From positions 1,240,001 through 1,304,000 of the forward strand of contig JBNJNM010000015.1 of assembly GCA_052426225.1 (NCBI GenBank): a DNA stretch of 64,000 nt, given 5' to 3'. Shown here piece after piece: positions 12,690-25,714 of the stretch. Source of the DNA: Zancudomyces culisetae HAW-14-8. Taxonomy: Eukaryota > Fungi > Kickxellomycota. The position numbers and the translations under genes were made by a program. Below the pieces are notes generated by a model. That model was given only the letters and a program-made list of their open reading frames with translations. It was not told the DNA's origin and did no database searches. The first letter of the stretch is position 1. Every line of letters begins with the position of its first letter.

Positions 12690-13581
12690 TTATCATTATC
12701 ATTTGTACTATATAGAGTTTGTAAACAGGTTTGAGAATTTTCGAGTTGAAGGTTGGGTGGGATTAGGCCAGTAAATTCTGAATTTTTGATTAGTAATATT
12801 CTTGAATATTTTTGCGAGTATACTTTTATAAACTTTTGAATGTGCAAGTAAATATATAATAAAAAAAGGACCAGCAATTTATGTGCAATTATTTACCATA
12901 CTTTTTTATTTCCCTCATAAGCCATTTCACCAAAAGAATATATTGTAAAATATACTGAACATCAATTGTTACTGAAAATATTGATTAAGTACCAGAATCA
13001 GTAGTATAAATGTAAAACGATCGTCATTTATTATTGTGTTTGCCTTTATTCTTTGAACACAGTCTCAAACATAAATATTTTCAAACAATAAACATATTTA
13101 TATTAACATGTGGTTTTAAATTATTCTTTCCAAAATGAGTAGAGAGGGAGAGGAAGAGGGGGGAGGGTGTGGTATTATCATTCTCTTTGTACAACTTGTA
13201 GTTAATAAATCTCTGTTGCTTTGTATAACAAAACAGGAGAAACGAAAAAAGAAAAAAAAGTATAGTGTAAAAGTATGGTTACAATGTAAATTACCAAGGT
13301 TGCACTTTTTTCTACTGTTATATGGTCTGGTGATAAAAATAAAACATATCACCAGGTATGCACTTATGTTGTTGATTGCTAATTTGACTCTTGGATTTAT
13401 TTTTACTTGTATTACTTGCTCTTCTGCCAAAAAAAAAAAGAAATAAATCCCTCTTTTAAAGTCTATTCCCAAACTTTTTTTCTTTTCCTATTGTTTTTAA
13501 CCAGTTTAGATAACTATATTATTACCAATTGATTAGCTTTTATAAAAAAAAAGAGTTTTTCACTTATACTAATTAATACTT

Positions 13582-14098
13582 TTACTTTTTTTTGTAAACA
13601 ATCACGTTTTTATTAATCATTACTTGGGAGAAATACTCGCCTAGGCTTGTAAAGTATATAATTATCGGAACATACTTTTCTTCAATTGTTATCTCTAAAT
13701 ATCCTGGTCCCTTGTATTTTACTTTTATTGTTAATTCTGATATCGCATGTGCTCAATTATTTTAACCTCATCAACACACCATATCCCTTACTCTTTTCTT
13801 CTTTTAACAACGATATCAATAGTAAGGACCCTATTTATTTGCTTATTTATTTATTTATTATGCATAATATTACCTAGAGAATAACAACCCAATAGCTCCA
13901 AATGTTATTACAAATGCTGTTATTAAATCAAAAGTACGAGATGGGAAATATATTAACACCAAATAGCAGTAATAGTGCAGTTATGAAAAGTTGCAGAGTT
14001 GAAAATATACTTTTACTTTACCACTAATCACTACCACTATTGCATCAACCAACAATATATACTACAAAATTTAGTATACTTTGCTTGGCTTTTCTCAT
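13582..14098 (-). CDS. Putative small multi-exon gene, possibly secreted or membrane-anchored; not in ORF track
   Basis: Hand model: ATG 14098 (MRKAKQ), exon ...FVITFGAIGLLFS ending AG|gtaata near 13874, exon 13830-13792 (RVLTIDIVVKRRKE), 55-nt intron gtaagg..atcag, exon 13736-13582 (LTIKVKYKGPGYLEITIEEKYVPIIIYFTSLGEYFSQVMINKNVIVYKKK*). First junction uncertain; an extra exon to 13318 is possible. Confidence 0.35.
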
Positions 14099-14424
14099 GT
14101 TCGCATCAGTTTATATTTCTTTTGAATAGAGAGGAGGAGGAGGAGGATGAGCGGAGGAAAAATACATTAAAAAAGTTTATCAACAATTTAGATTATTTTC
14201 GCCACATTTATTTACAACTTTACAACATATACGATAATTTTATATAAATTGCCTATAAATGTATAAATACAATATATTTAATTTCTTTAAACAATCAAGG
14301 ATATTATTAGTATACACAAAAAGGAATAAAATCTTATTTTTGTAAATATAAAAAGTGAACGTATAAATAAATAAATAAATAAAAAGTCGAGTTGAAAACA
14401 ATTCAACATAAATGATCAAGCGTA

Positions 14425-14822
14425 ATGCAACAAGAGTTTAATCTTCTGGTGATAGCATTTGTAATTGGGTATTTTACGAGACACTTGGATTTGCTTAATC
14501 TGAAAAAATTCGTTGCCTTTCTCAGCGATACAGTAGAGCACTTGGCCGTAAAGGTAACTATTTCGTTGTTTAATTATTTCGGAATTTTATCGCCCTTTCC
14601 TCACAAAATCAGCATCACTACCACTACCATTACCATTTCCACACTCACTAGCTTTTCTTGAATTTTAAAAATCGAGTAATAACTACATGACAATGTCAAT
14701 TATATTTATAGGAAAAGATATTCCTGACGTTATTGGGAACAGCTGTGTTGGTCCTATTGTTCTTGTGGATCTTTGAAAGAATTGCTGAAAGAGAAGCAAC
14801 TGAGGCAAGTAAAATAAAATGA
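14425..14822 (+). CDS. Two-exon 79-aa membrane microprotein of unknown function
   Basis: Exon 14425-14553, intron gtaact...tttatag 14554-14711, exon 14712-14822. In frame: MQQEFNLLVIAFVIGYFTRHLDLLNLKKFVAFLSDTVEHLAVK-EKIFLTLLGTAVLVLLFLWIFERIAEREATEASKIK*, with two hydrophobic segments. Confidence 0.55.
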
Positions 14823-15168
14823 TAAATTGTGAATTAAAGGAAAAGGAAAAGAAAAAGAAAAAGAAAAAGAGAGTAGAAATTATACCAATATTTGGTATAA
14901 TGCTTTAAACGTTGTTTTTGTAGAGTATTAATAGATTGAATGTTGATATAATAATATAGAACAAGAATTATAAATACCGATCTTCAGCAAGAGAAAATCT
15001 GAAACGAAGGGGAAGTTTTTGAATAGAATAAACATAGCAGCATTGGGAACGAGAACGAGAATTAGAAAGAGAAAAATCTGACAGTTGAAAAGAACAAGAG
15101 TAAAAAGAAAGTAAGGAATAAAAGAGGATACGAATATACATAATATTGGGTTTACGATACTAGAGAAA

Positions 15169-18135
15169 ATGGAAAAGACGTTGCAGATATATTGGCCACA
15201 AAACTATTTCTCACGTGCCAAAAGAGCTGAGATATTAAGAGACAAAGGTGTTTCAAAATACCAACATCGTTCACCTAGGGATGGTCAAAGTGGTAGGAGC
15301 AATAAACGAGCGACTAGTGTGATTGAAGAAAGGAAAATGGCGAGAGAAGGGAGAAGAGGAATGGGAAGAGAGGATAAATCCAGGGATAGTGAATATTCTT
15401 ATGAGTATGGGAGTGAGTACGAGTACGAGTACGAATATGAGTATGAAAGTGGGTATGAATACGAGTACAGATACAGATACAAGAATGAGGGAAATAACAT
15501 GAATGAAGATCAAGATAAAAGCGGTGACGAATGTGGGTTTGGTGGAAAGGTGTTATTGGGCTGGAAAGTAGGAGAAGATAATATCGTTATAACTGGAGTA
15601 TTGGTAGGTTATTGAATGAGTTATTAATTATAAACACCATGTCAATTATTTGAATATTCTATTCAGGTTGATTTGGTTGGGTTGATTACTTTTACAACAA
15701 GAATTGATAAAATCAATAAATAGGATTATTGCAAGTACCAAGCCTTAAAGCGAGAATGCGAGAGAGAAAAGGTTGAACCAGTACCAAAAATAGTTGGGGT
15801 GATGTGTAATTGCGAGAGGATGTATGAATATCACAGACTACAACAGGAAAAAATGGAAGAAGGACGAGGTCAGAAAAGGAACGGAGGAGCCGAAAGTGGA
15901 GAGGAACAAAAGGAGTCAGAGTGGATAATGTGTGTGTGTATATGCGGAGAGGTTCCAATTATAAAGTAAGTTGTTTGGAGCGTAGTAGACCAAATTTAAT
16001 TATGGGTATTGATTGATATTTATAATACAAGATGAAATATAAATATAATGTATATATTTGTATTTGTAGAAGGGTAAATATACAGCAAGAGGTGGTAGTG
16101 GATAGAGTGATAATAGTATTTTACGATCAGTTTACTACAGAATCAAGGAAATTTTATGCAACATCAGGACAAAGTAATGGTACAAACTTTGGAAGACTAG
16201 GCGGAGTAATGAATAATAGATATAGCGGTCAAGATTTTCAGTTGGCGGAAATATTGAAATGTGTAAGTTTCTATTATATATATAAATATATATTTATTTT
16301 TTAAAGGGTGTTTAAAGAGTAAAAATGAACAGAAAAAAGGATTTGTACCTTTATTAAAATTGATGTTGGGTTGGGGCGGGGAACTTGGTGTAATTGGTTA
16401 TTGGATGATGAAATAGGTAAACATATCAGGCAAAATAACGGAAATGACGATGAATGGTAATATTGAGGATAAGAAGGAGGATTGGGAAGATCAAAACGAT
16501 GGAGTGTATGGAATGGCGAATTCTCAAACTGGTGAGAACAAGAGCTATGAAAGGAGGGGGAGCGAAAGGGAAAAGGAGAGTAGTAAGAGTAAGGGTAAAA
16601 GAAAGAGCAAATTGAAAGGTCAGGAAAGAGAAAGGGAAAAGAGAAAGGGGAAAAAAAGAGTAGTTGTAGAATATGAAAATAATGGAGATAAAAGTAGAGA
16701 TATAGGACAACAAGGACAGCAACAAGGAGGAGGAGGAGGAGGAGGAGGAGGAGGAGGAGGAGGAATGTTTGGGGGATATGAGAAGCAAATCGAAGCAGTA
16801 ATAAAATGGGCACAAAGGGTACTACGAATATCAGTTATGGGATATCGTATAGTAGAGACAATAAGTACAGCACAACAGGTGGATATTCGATTAAAGATGA
16901 TACAAAGCACGATTGAGAGGTACGGACAAAAAGGACAGCAGAATGATAATAGTGATAGCTGGAGCAATAGTAATGCTGGTAGGGAGAGAACGGTGAGAGA
17001 GCAGAGAGAGTATTATTTGTATTGGGATAGAGTGTGGATAAGTGTGATAGATGTAGTACTAGGATGTGTTGCAGGGATAATGCTGATATATCATGCGGAT
17101 ACGGTGGTAAAAGTATCGGAGGAATTAATAGGCGGGTACACAATTACGTCGTTGGAGGATGGGTTGATGTGGTTGCGTAGCCAGCCAGCCGGGTTCAAGC
17201 TAAATGTGAGGTTGGGAGAGTTTCTGGGAGAGTTGTTTATTTGGCTGATAAGGTTTTGGAGGATAATGTTTCGGCCATTGATAGAATACACACGGCCAGT
17301 GGTTGTAGGAATAGGGTGGAGTGGGGTGTTGGGGGTAACAATGCAGTTGGCAATAGTATGTGATGTATTGGCACTGGCTACACTGCATACGTATTGGTTT
17401 TATATGGTTGCGGCACGGATCTTTCATTGGCAAATGTTGACATTACATTCGTTATCCAATTTGTTTCGGGGGAGAAAAGTGAATCCACTGCGGCAACGAA
17501 TTGATAGGTGCGAGTATAATATTGATCAATTGTTATTGGGAACGATATTATTTACACTATTGACATATTTGCTGCCGACAGTGGTGATATATTATATATC
17601 ATTTGTGACACGGCGAATAGTGGTTATATGTGTTACAGGAATTGTGAATTTAGTATCGGAATTACTGTGTCATTTTCCAATATATAGTTTGGTTTTGAGG
17701 CTTGTTGAACCCCTGGCATTTCCGTATGATGTTTATTATGATTTGTTACCAACAGTAGTACCAGAAACTAGCCAGGTGAAGAATGTTGTTGGAACTGGTG
17801 GGATTTATTGTACTATTATGGATAATGTAGGAGGACAATTGGTAGAATCGCCAACTTCTAGTAAAACCACAGGTACATCAACAAGAACGACAAAGACAGC
17901 AACAAGTAGTATTAATAATTATCATAATACCGGTATTGGTACTGGCATTGGTACTGGTACTGGTACTAATTATACACTATTACGTCTGAAAAGTAAACCA
18001 TCGAGTTTATCATCAGTATTTTCTAGATGGGTTCAACCAGTTATTCAATTTTCAACAAATATGTTTTCATTATCTAGACTACGTAGTTTAGTAGTAGGTG
18101 AAATTATAAAATCTCATACTCACCCATACCCATAA
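15169..18135 (+). CDS. GPI1: GPI-GlcNAc transferase subunit GPI1/PIG-Q (4 exons, ~862 aa)
   Basis: Exons 15169-15603, 15724-15965, 16070-16262, 16417-18135 joined by GT-AG introns in frame; Gpi1 motifs WLRSQPAGFKLN, SLSNLFRGRKVNPLRQRIDRCEYNIDQLLLGTILFTLL..LLPT; N-terminal IYWP and VLLGW. Confidence 0.9.
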
Positions 18136-18193
18136 AATAAGATAAGATGAGATAAAATAAAATAAAATATAAATATAAACAAAAACAAAAAAA

Positions 18194-19878
18194 CTAGAAT
18201 TTACGACTATTTCTAATCATGTCCAACCTTGCCTTTAAATCATTCAAATTTTGTGAATACCTTTTAGATGTTTCTCCAAGCTGGAACTGTTGTAGTTGTG
18301 GTTGTTGTGGTTGTAGTTGTGGTTGTTGATATGATAATCTTGATTTACTTGGATCAAAAGTAATATTGTTATTATTCAGTGATCTAAACCTTGAATTTCC
18401 ACTTTTATTTTCACTATCAATTCTATTCATACTAATGCCACTACTCATACCAATACCAATACCACTACTACTAGTCGTACTGTTATTACTTGCAATTCGT
18501 GACATACCAGGCATTCTCAACAAACTATCACTTTGTCTCTCACCATTATTTATACTACTAATATTACCTGTTGTACTTGATGTTGTACTTGATGCTGTGT
18601 TTGATGTAGTATATAAGGTTCTGCCAATAGGAAAGTTTCCTATTTCAAGTTGTTCAACGCGAGAAGTAATATTTTCATCGTTAATTTTCCCAACCAACAA
18701 CCCATTACTAATACTAGTACCACTATTATCATTATAAGAATTGGAATTGAAATTGGATACTTGTTGTTGAATTCGCTTCCATTGTTGTAGACTTGGTTGG
18801 CTTCTAGTATATCGATGAATATAAGCAATCACAACACTACAAGAAACAAGTTGATTTATCAATATCATTCCTTGTTGATTATCAATATCAATACCATTAT
18901 CAATATTAATATTAATATTGGTGTTGGTATTAGAGAGATATACCATAACATTGGATATATGATTCCAACTCGAAGCTTGTAAAACCACAACCAAGGCATG
19001 TAACAACGACTTGATTGTTCGCATGGGCGCATCACCAAATACATAAACACTTTCATCACGTCGAACTACCCATTGACTCTCAGAAACAACACCAAAAAAC
19101 TCCTCAATCTTACAAAACACTTTTGCTATATCCAACTGTTGAATGATATCTTGAGGTACTCGTTTAACTAGTCTCCATAAACATCTTTGAAGTACATCAA
19201 TATACTTTTTTATATTACCATGATTCTTTCCTGGTCCTAAACTTTGTCCTTGTCCTTGTCCTCCAGTTATGTTTTGTAAATTTGATACAAGTAATGGATT
19301 TCTTACAGCTTCTTGGAATAGATTTATCGATACAATATACATACTGGTAGGCAAGGCATACCTAATCACTGAATTCAACAAATCATTGATTGTCTTTATA
19401 TACGCCATTTCTCCATGTGTCAATTCAGTCAATGTCCTCACCAACGCATCAAATACCAATTGTAATCCATCACTAGTAATTACATTTGCAAATTCTGCTG
19501 TTCCAAAAATATCATTTGTTAATGATAATATTGTTTCTTTTAATACTTGTTCATTAGAACTTTTAAACTGTTGTTGTTGTTGTTGTTGTTGTTGTAATGA
19601 AATTGAAAATGAAACTGAAAATGCTTGTTTTAACATTCGACTTGTTAATGGTGCTATTCGATCATTTACTGTTTCCACAATACGTTTATATACTATCTCA
19701 CTATTATCAATTTGCATTCCATTATTCTTTGAATAATACCGTGCATTATTAACAAGATGCAACACTCTTTCCAAAGTTGTTATGTACTCATTTGATGACA
19801 TGTTTTGAATATTCTCCTCCAATCGATTTAATAATTCATCAAATTCCAAAGTTACAGCGTTACCAATACCAATACCAC

Positions 19879-19915
<37 letters not shown>

Positions 19916-21950
19916 GTTATTTGATGTTATTGTTGTTGATAATAATTGGTCATCTATTTGCATATCATTTTCATTACTATGGTGGTTGTTGTAATCATTT
20001 AATATTGGTTTTTCAAGTCTTTTGAGTTTGGAAAATGGACTTGCTCGATTATATATTTCATTAGAAGTCTTGCCAGAAAATGAAGGTAATACTAATGAAT
20101 CCAACATCATTTCATTCCCAATATTACCACTACCACTACTTGTATTAGTATTAGTATTAGTATTAGTACTAGTAAATCTATTGGAAATAATTGGTTTTTT
20201 GAGTGTTGATTTTGGTGTTGTTGGTGTAGGTAATACCTGTTTTATACTATTATTGCTATTTTGTTTAGTCATCAAAAATGATTTTTTACCAATACTTTCA
20301 ACAGATTGAATATTATTATTACCACCACCACTACCACCACTACCACTACCACTTGTTGAAGTAAAAGTAAAAGCAGTATTATTAGATGATAATTCAGAAC
20401 GTTTAATTCTTTCTTGCAACATGATTTTTTCTTTTTCAGCTATAGGTCCAATCAATTTCCACAACTCTACCTCTCCCCCTCCTCCTCCTCCAAAACTATT
20501 ATTATTGTTGTTATTGTTGTTATTATTATTTAGTTGGATTCCAATAGCTACTAAACAATTCAAACTTGCAACACGTACACTATTATCACGATCCTTAATC
20601 TGTTGAGCAATCAAAGGTACCAGCTTGTTTAATTGCTGACATATAACCGACAATTTCAAACCTAAACATAAATTAGGATTAATTGTAGTTGTAGTTGTAG
20701 TTGTACTTGTTGTAGATGTTGAAGTAGATTTTCGTTTTGTAATCATACAAGTTAAAGCATCTAAAGATTCTTGTCTCATTCTGGCATTCCTTGAATTATT
20801 TTTAATTCCATATTCTGCAATCATATTGAAAAGTTTGGATGGTGGATACAATTTTGTAATTACTTTGAGTACTAGAGTCTTGACCTTTGTTCGTACTGCT
20901 TCTTTGGCATCACCAAATCGATTAATCAAATGAGGAACTAGTAAATGCATTTCATAATCACTAAACATTCTCTCAATTGTCATTAACTCTTCATTTTCAT
21001 TTTCTCCTTCTCCTTCTCCTTCTGTTTTGTTTTTGTTGTTGTTGTTGTTGTTGTTGTTTGATAACAACATCATTTCAAAAATATTACTCAAAAGTTCCAA
21101 ACTCTTTAATACAGTAGTAGGTTGTGTATCATACAAACGGACACTAATATACTTGAACAACAAATCAACATTAGCAGCCACACTCTCGGCAACATAACCT
21201 GAATCAACTCCATACTTCATCAGAGATACACTTCCAGGCTTTGTAATAAACTCATCGAGTTGTGCCAACCCATTGACATAATCTCGGTCACGATAATGAC
21301 CCTGTGAAAATAATAGATTTATCAGTTGAGAACTGAAATGCATGTTCATTTGCTCATGCAAATACGTCACCAGCTCGGGTCGTGGTGACTCGGAAAATTG
21401 CCATCTACTCGTCGATCCACTAGTGTTGCTGATGTTTATCATTTCTCGCTTGGCTCTCATTTCTTTTATTCGAGGATCTGTACTTGTTATTGGTGGTGGT
21501 TGTTGGTTTTGTTGGCTTTGTTGACCTAATAATAATGTTTCTCGACTACCACTTGCTGATGACCCTCCTCTTTCTCCTCTTTCTCCTCCTGACATTGATA
21601 ATTGTGAAATTGGTCTTGTTGTTATTGTTGATGATATTGCTGATATTGTACTAGTTGGTCTCATATTATTCAATGCACTTGCCTTTCTTGGATAATTTAA
21701 TGGTTTTTTCAATCCTATTGCTCCTGATCCCATTACACTTTGAGGTCTTTGTTTACCAATTAAACCATTATTGCCACTATTACTATTGTTACTATTATTA
21801 AGACTGAAATTGTTATTGTTGTTACTAAATACAGCTACTGATGCTCTTTGTCTATTATTCACTTGTCCCATTGAACGATTAAAAATTGTAGAATTTGAAC
21901 TTTGTTTTCCTACAAGTTCTGAAGCCATCATAACCGACTCCATCTTTTGC

Positions 21951-21981
<31 letters not shown>

Positions 21982-24900
21982 GGATGAATTGTGGTGATGC
22001 TGTCTTTTGTAATGTTTCTAATAACCCTTTAACTGTTTGTAATTGTGCTCCCTTCAATTGCGACGAACACTTATTCAAAATCTCACCCAATCCTACTACC
22101 AGGCTAATATGCCCTGTCACTTCCAACGCATGTTTTCTTACTTGACTATTCCGATCTTGCAAACAACTAAACATCACTGGAATCAACCCTTGCATTACTG
22201 ATACTTCAACTGCTCCACCAATCGCTGGGTTTTTATCCAACGTTCGACTCATCCATCCCAACAATTCTCTCTTCAATTCAGGTGATTCATTGCCCAAACT
22301 TGTTGTGGCTGCCAAGAATACTGTCTCAATTGAATCTATACTTCCACTATTCGCTATACTCTCCAACACCAACACTGCTGCTTGTCGTACATTAGGTTTC
22401 TTGTCTGCCAAACAGTGAAGCACTGCTCCTGCTATCACCCTGATATGTCTCTCAAACCCTTTTCCTCCCATACTGATTATCAACGCCTCAATCATCGTTA
22501 GTGTTTGTGCCACCAGGTTTTTGTTGCTATCTGTCAATCGATTCCGTATTCCTACCATCATTTCCTGTGGAAAATCGGCTGTAATCCGTCGATTTGCTGC
22601 CTCTATCATTGCTTGTAATGCATCCAGCACTTCTTTACGTGCCTTCCAGTTTTGATCATTAATGTTTTTCAGCATTATCGCTGTGATTTTACTACCAAGA
22701 TCCACCCGTGGAAATAATTCATCCATCATGTCCTCCTCACTCCCTTGCCCTGCTTTACTTGCTGCTGCTGCTGTTGTATTTGTAGTAGTAGTGGTAGTAG
22801 TAGTATTAGTTGTTGTTGATAAACTAATTTGTGTTCTCGTTGGTTCTGGTACTGGCTGATCCTTAACTCGTTCAAACTCTGCCTCCAATAATTGCATCAG
22901 TTGTGGATTAATATCACCCACCAAACTCGATATCCGCGGCCCAATAAACCTCCTTAACGTCCCCATCAACCCAACTGCTCGCGATCGAACCTGTGCATTG
23001 CTACTCTCCAACCCCGACCATCTTGTAAACTCCACCAGTGGTTTAAGTGCAAGCTGTGACGCTCCAAACTCCAACATTGCTTGTTCAACCCAGCCCATTC
23101 CGTCCACCAACACTTTGGGCGATTTTTGCTTTGATAGTGTTTCTATTACCTCCGATATAACTATTCTCAACCCCAATCGCTCTCCTATCGCCAATAACGC
23201 CTTTCCCGCTTGCACTTTTAACTTCATTTCTCCCAGTTTCTCCGCCAAATGTGGAATACTCAGCCCTGCTGCCCCCGTATTAAATCGCTCACTGTTCTGT
23301 GCCATCCATTCTATTATCGAATACACTCCCCCATTTACCTGGAAATTGCTCTCTGTCCACCCTGGCTTCTTTGAAAACATTCTTATTATCAGTTCTGGCT
23401 CCATTTCCTCTGTTTCCCCTTTTGCCATCTGCTCCTTAATCTCTGTAATTGCCTCTAATCTCTCTTTCCACTTACTACTACCCAGTTTTTCTTGCTGTTC
23501 ACTTGTAATGTACTCTTTTACCATCTCTTCTATATCTGTTGCATTCCCAAACTTGTATTCTATACCATCTGCAACTGCTGTTGCTGTTGCTGTTGCTGCT
23601 GCTACTGGTCTTTTACTTGTTGGTGCTGCTTTTATTGCTGGTGTTGGTACTGGTGCTGTCGTTGTTTCTTTTCCATTACTTTTTTCTCGTGCTGCTTTTC
23701 GTTCTGCTGCTGCTCTTGCCGATGCCTCCAATTTCTTTCTTAATGCCGGTGGCATATTACTACCCAACCCCAACCCCAATTCCCCACCACCACCACCACC
23801 ACCACCACTTCCTCCCCCTCCTCCTCCTCCTCCTACACCATTTACTGACCTACCACTTGCCTCCCTTGACATACTTTCTCCTCCACTACTTTTCATTGCT
23901 GGACTCTTTACTGCCATTCCTGAATTACTTGTCGCCTTAGCCTTAGCATTAGCCGTTGCCTTTGTTGTTGCTGTTGACTTTGTTGTCCCTACTACTGGTG
24001 TTGATATTTTGACCTGCGCCTTTTCATAATATTCTTTCATCTTGGTTTCCCTGTTCTTCTCTATTCCTTGAATAAATGGCGCCAGCATCTTTTCCCCAAC
24101 AACCTTCATAAGCGTTCCTAACGTCTCCACACTACTATCTCTCACCGTTGCATCTCCATCTTCCATACTGGGTTTTACCATTTCCACATATTCTTTAACT
24201 TGTCCTTTACTCACTTTTGTCCTTGTATTACTCAAACAATACGTAAAATACTTCAACGCTGATGCCTTCACCTGTGGATTCTTATTTCCCAGCCCTTGTG
24301 CTATCACTCCTACCACTTCTCCCGTCAATTGACTCCCAATCGCATCAAACCCTGCATTCAACGCTCCCATCAACGCCGTCACCACATTCGCCTTACGCTC
24401 CTTCAACCGCTCCATAATCGCCTTTGATACCGTCGTATAGTGTGGTCCAAATCCACTCCTCAACCCTTGTGCTAATTTCTCTATACATCCTGCCGCCAAA
24501 ACAACTACTATTACATTTGTGTCTCCTATTCGTCCCGCCAATATACTCGCTAACTCACCATACCCTCCACTATCCGCATATCTCATCGGCTTCATTACCT
24601 CTTGTAATCCCTCAAGTGATTCCTTTCTTTCTTTCCATTTCGTTGATACCACTAATTTACTAAACTCACTTGGTATCTTTGATAATATATCTACCGGATC
24701 TGCCAACGTCCACGGATCCACTTCCTCTTGATCCTCATCCATCCCTTCTCCTGCTCCAATCCCTTCACCCTCTCCTCCTTCCCCTTCCCCTTCTCCTCCT
24801 TGTTCGTCATTTTCTTCGATTTGCATTTCACTTCTCAATAATCTCTTTGCCCTAGCCTTCTCTTTTGGAACCTTTTCAAACTCTGCCTCCAGCTCCTTTT

Positions 24901-25714
24901 GTAGTATCCCATCCAACTCTGCAATAAATGGCTTGATTGCCGCCCCTATCCATCTATATATCTCCACCGTCAACTTTTTCCCCTCCCCTCTAATATTTGC
25001 ATCTTTATGTGTCAATGGTTTTTTAATACTCTTGGCTAGTTCCTTTATATTTACATTTTTAGTTCCATAGTTTCTATTTATCATTATAATTATCATTATA
25101 ATTAATATTTATCATTTTTTTATCATTTTTTTTACTTTGTACTCCTTTCCTCATCACCACCATTCACTTTCCTTGTATATATTTCATAATTATTCAAAAA
25201 AAAAAATTAAGAAAATCGACTTTGAAAGATTAAAATCTTACTCTAGAATTTCTCTTGCCATTACAACACTAGCTGTTACTGCCTTTGGCACTCTCACGTC
25301 GAATCCTGCCAATACGCGGCTCAATACCGGTTCTGGTGTCTCCAAGGCACAATACAACAACAACAATTCTGTAGAATTTGTTCGAATCCCTGCTCGATTC
25401 GAGCCCATACATTTATCCATCACACCTGCGACCACTGGTTCTCTACTGCGGATGGCTGCAGGAACCGGTGCGTTTTCTACCCACTTGGTTAATGCAACCA
25501 CTCCATTTTCTTGGGCTGCTACATTGGCATCCGTAACCATTTTCTTGAGATACCCTTCGTACTTGTTGAATTGTGCAATGTCGTTTGTGGATTCCCCATC
25601 TAGTTGTGTAAACAGCTTGCCTAGTTCCTCATATGCCCCGGCTCGGACCTTCCATATTTTATGTTCAAGTCGGTCGGTTATTGGCAACAAAGAATAATCT
25701 ACATTATCCTCCAT
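18194..25714 (-). CDS. STU2: XMAP215/ch-TOG/Stu2/Alp14 microtubule polymerase (2 exons, ~2450 aa, five TOG domains)
   Basis: Exon 25714-25242, intron gtaaga..aatag 25241-25074, exon 25073-18194. TOG first-HEAT motifs HKIWKVR, STKWKERKE, SSKWKERLE, DQNWKARKE, plus a TOG5-like region (DLLFKY.SVRLYDT); C-terminal LKARL motif. Confidence 0.93.

Noticed and set aside
12475-12877. ORFs with HLHLHL / CICICI / NANANA runs
   Set aside because: Translations of the (TTTGCA)n microsatellite.
5791-25697. Many long antisense and alternate-frame ORFs (e.g. 5791-6348, 10593-11024, 16301-16813, 22998-24029, 25137-25697)
   Set aside because: Shadows of purine-skewed, repeat-rich real genes; F/S/L/C-rich translations with no motifs.
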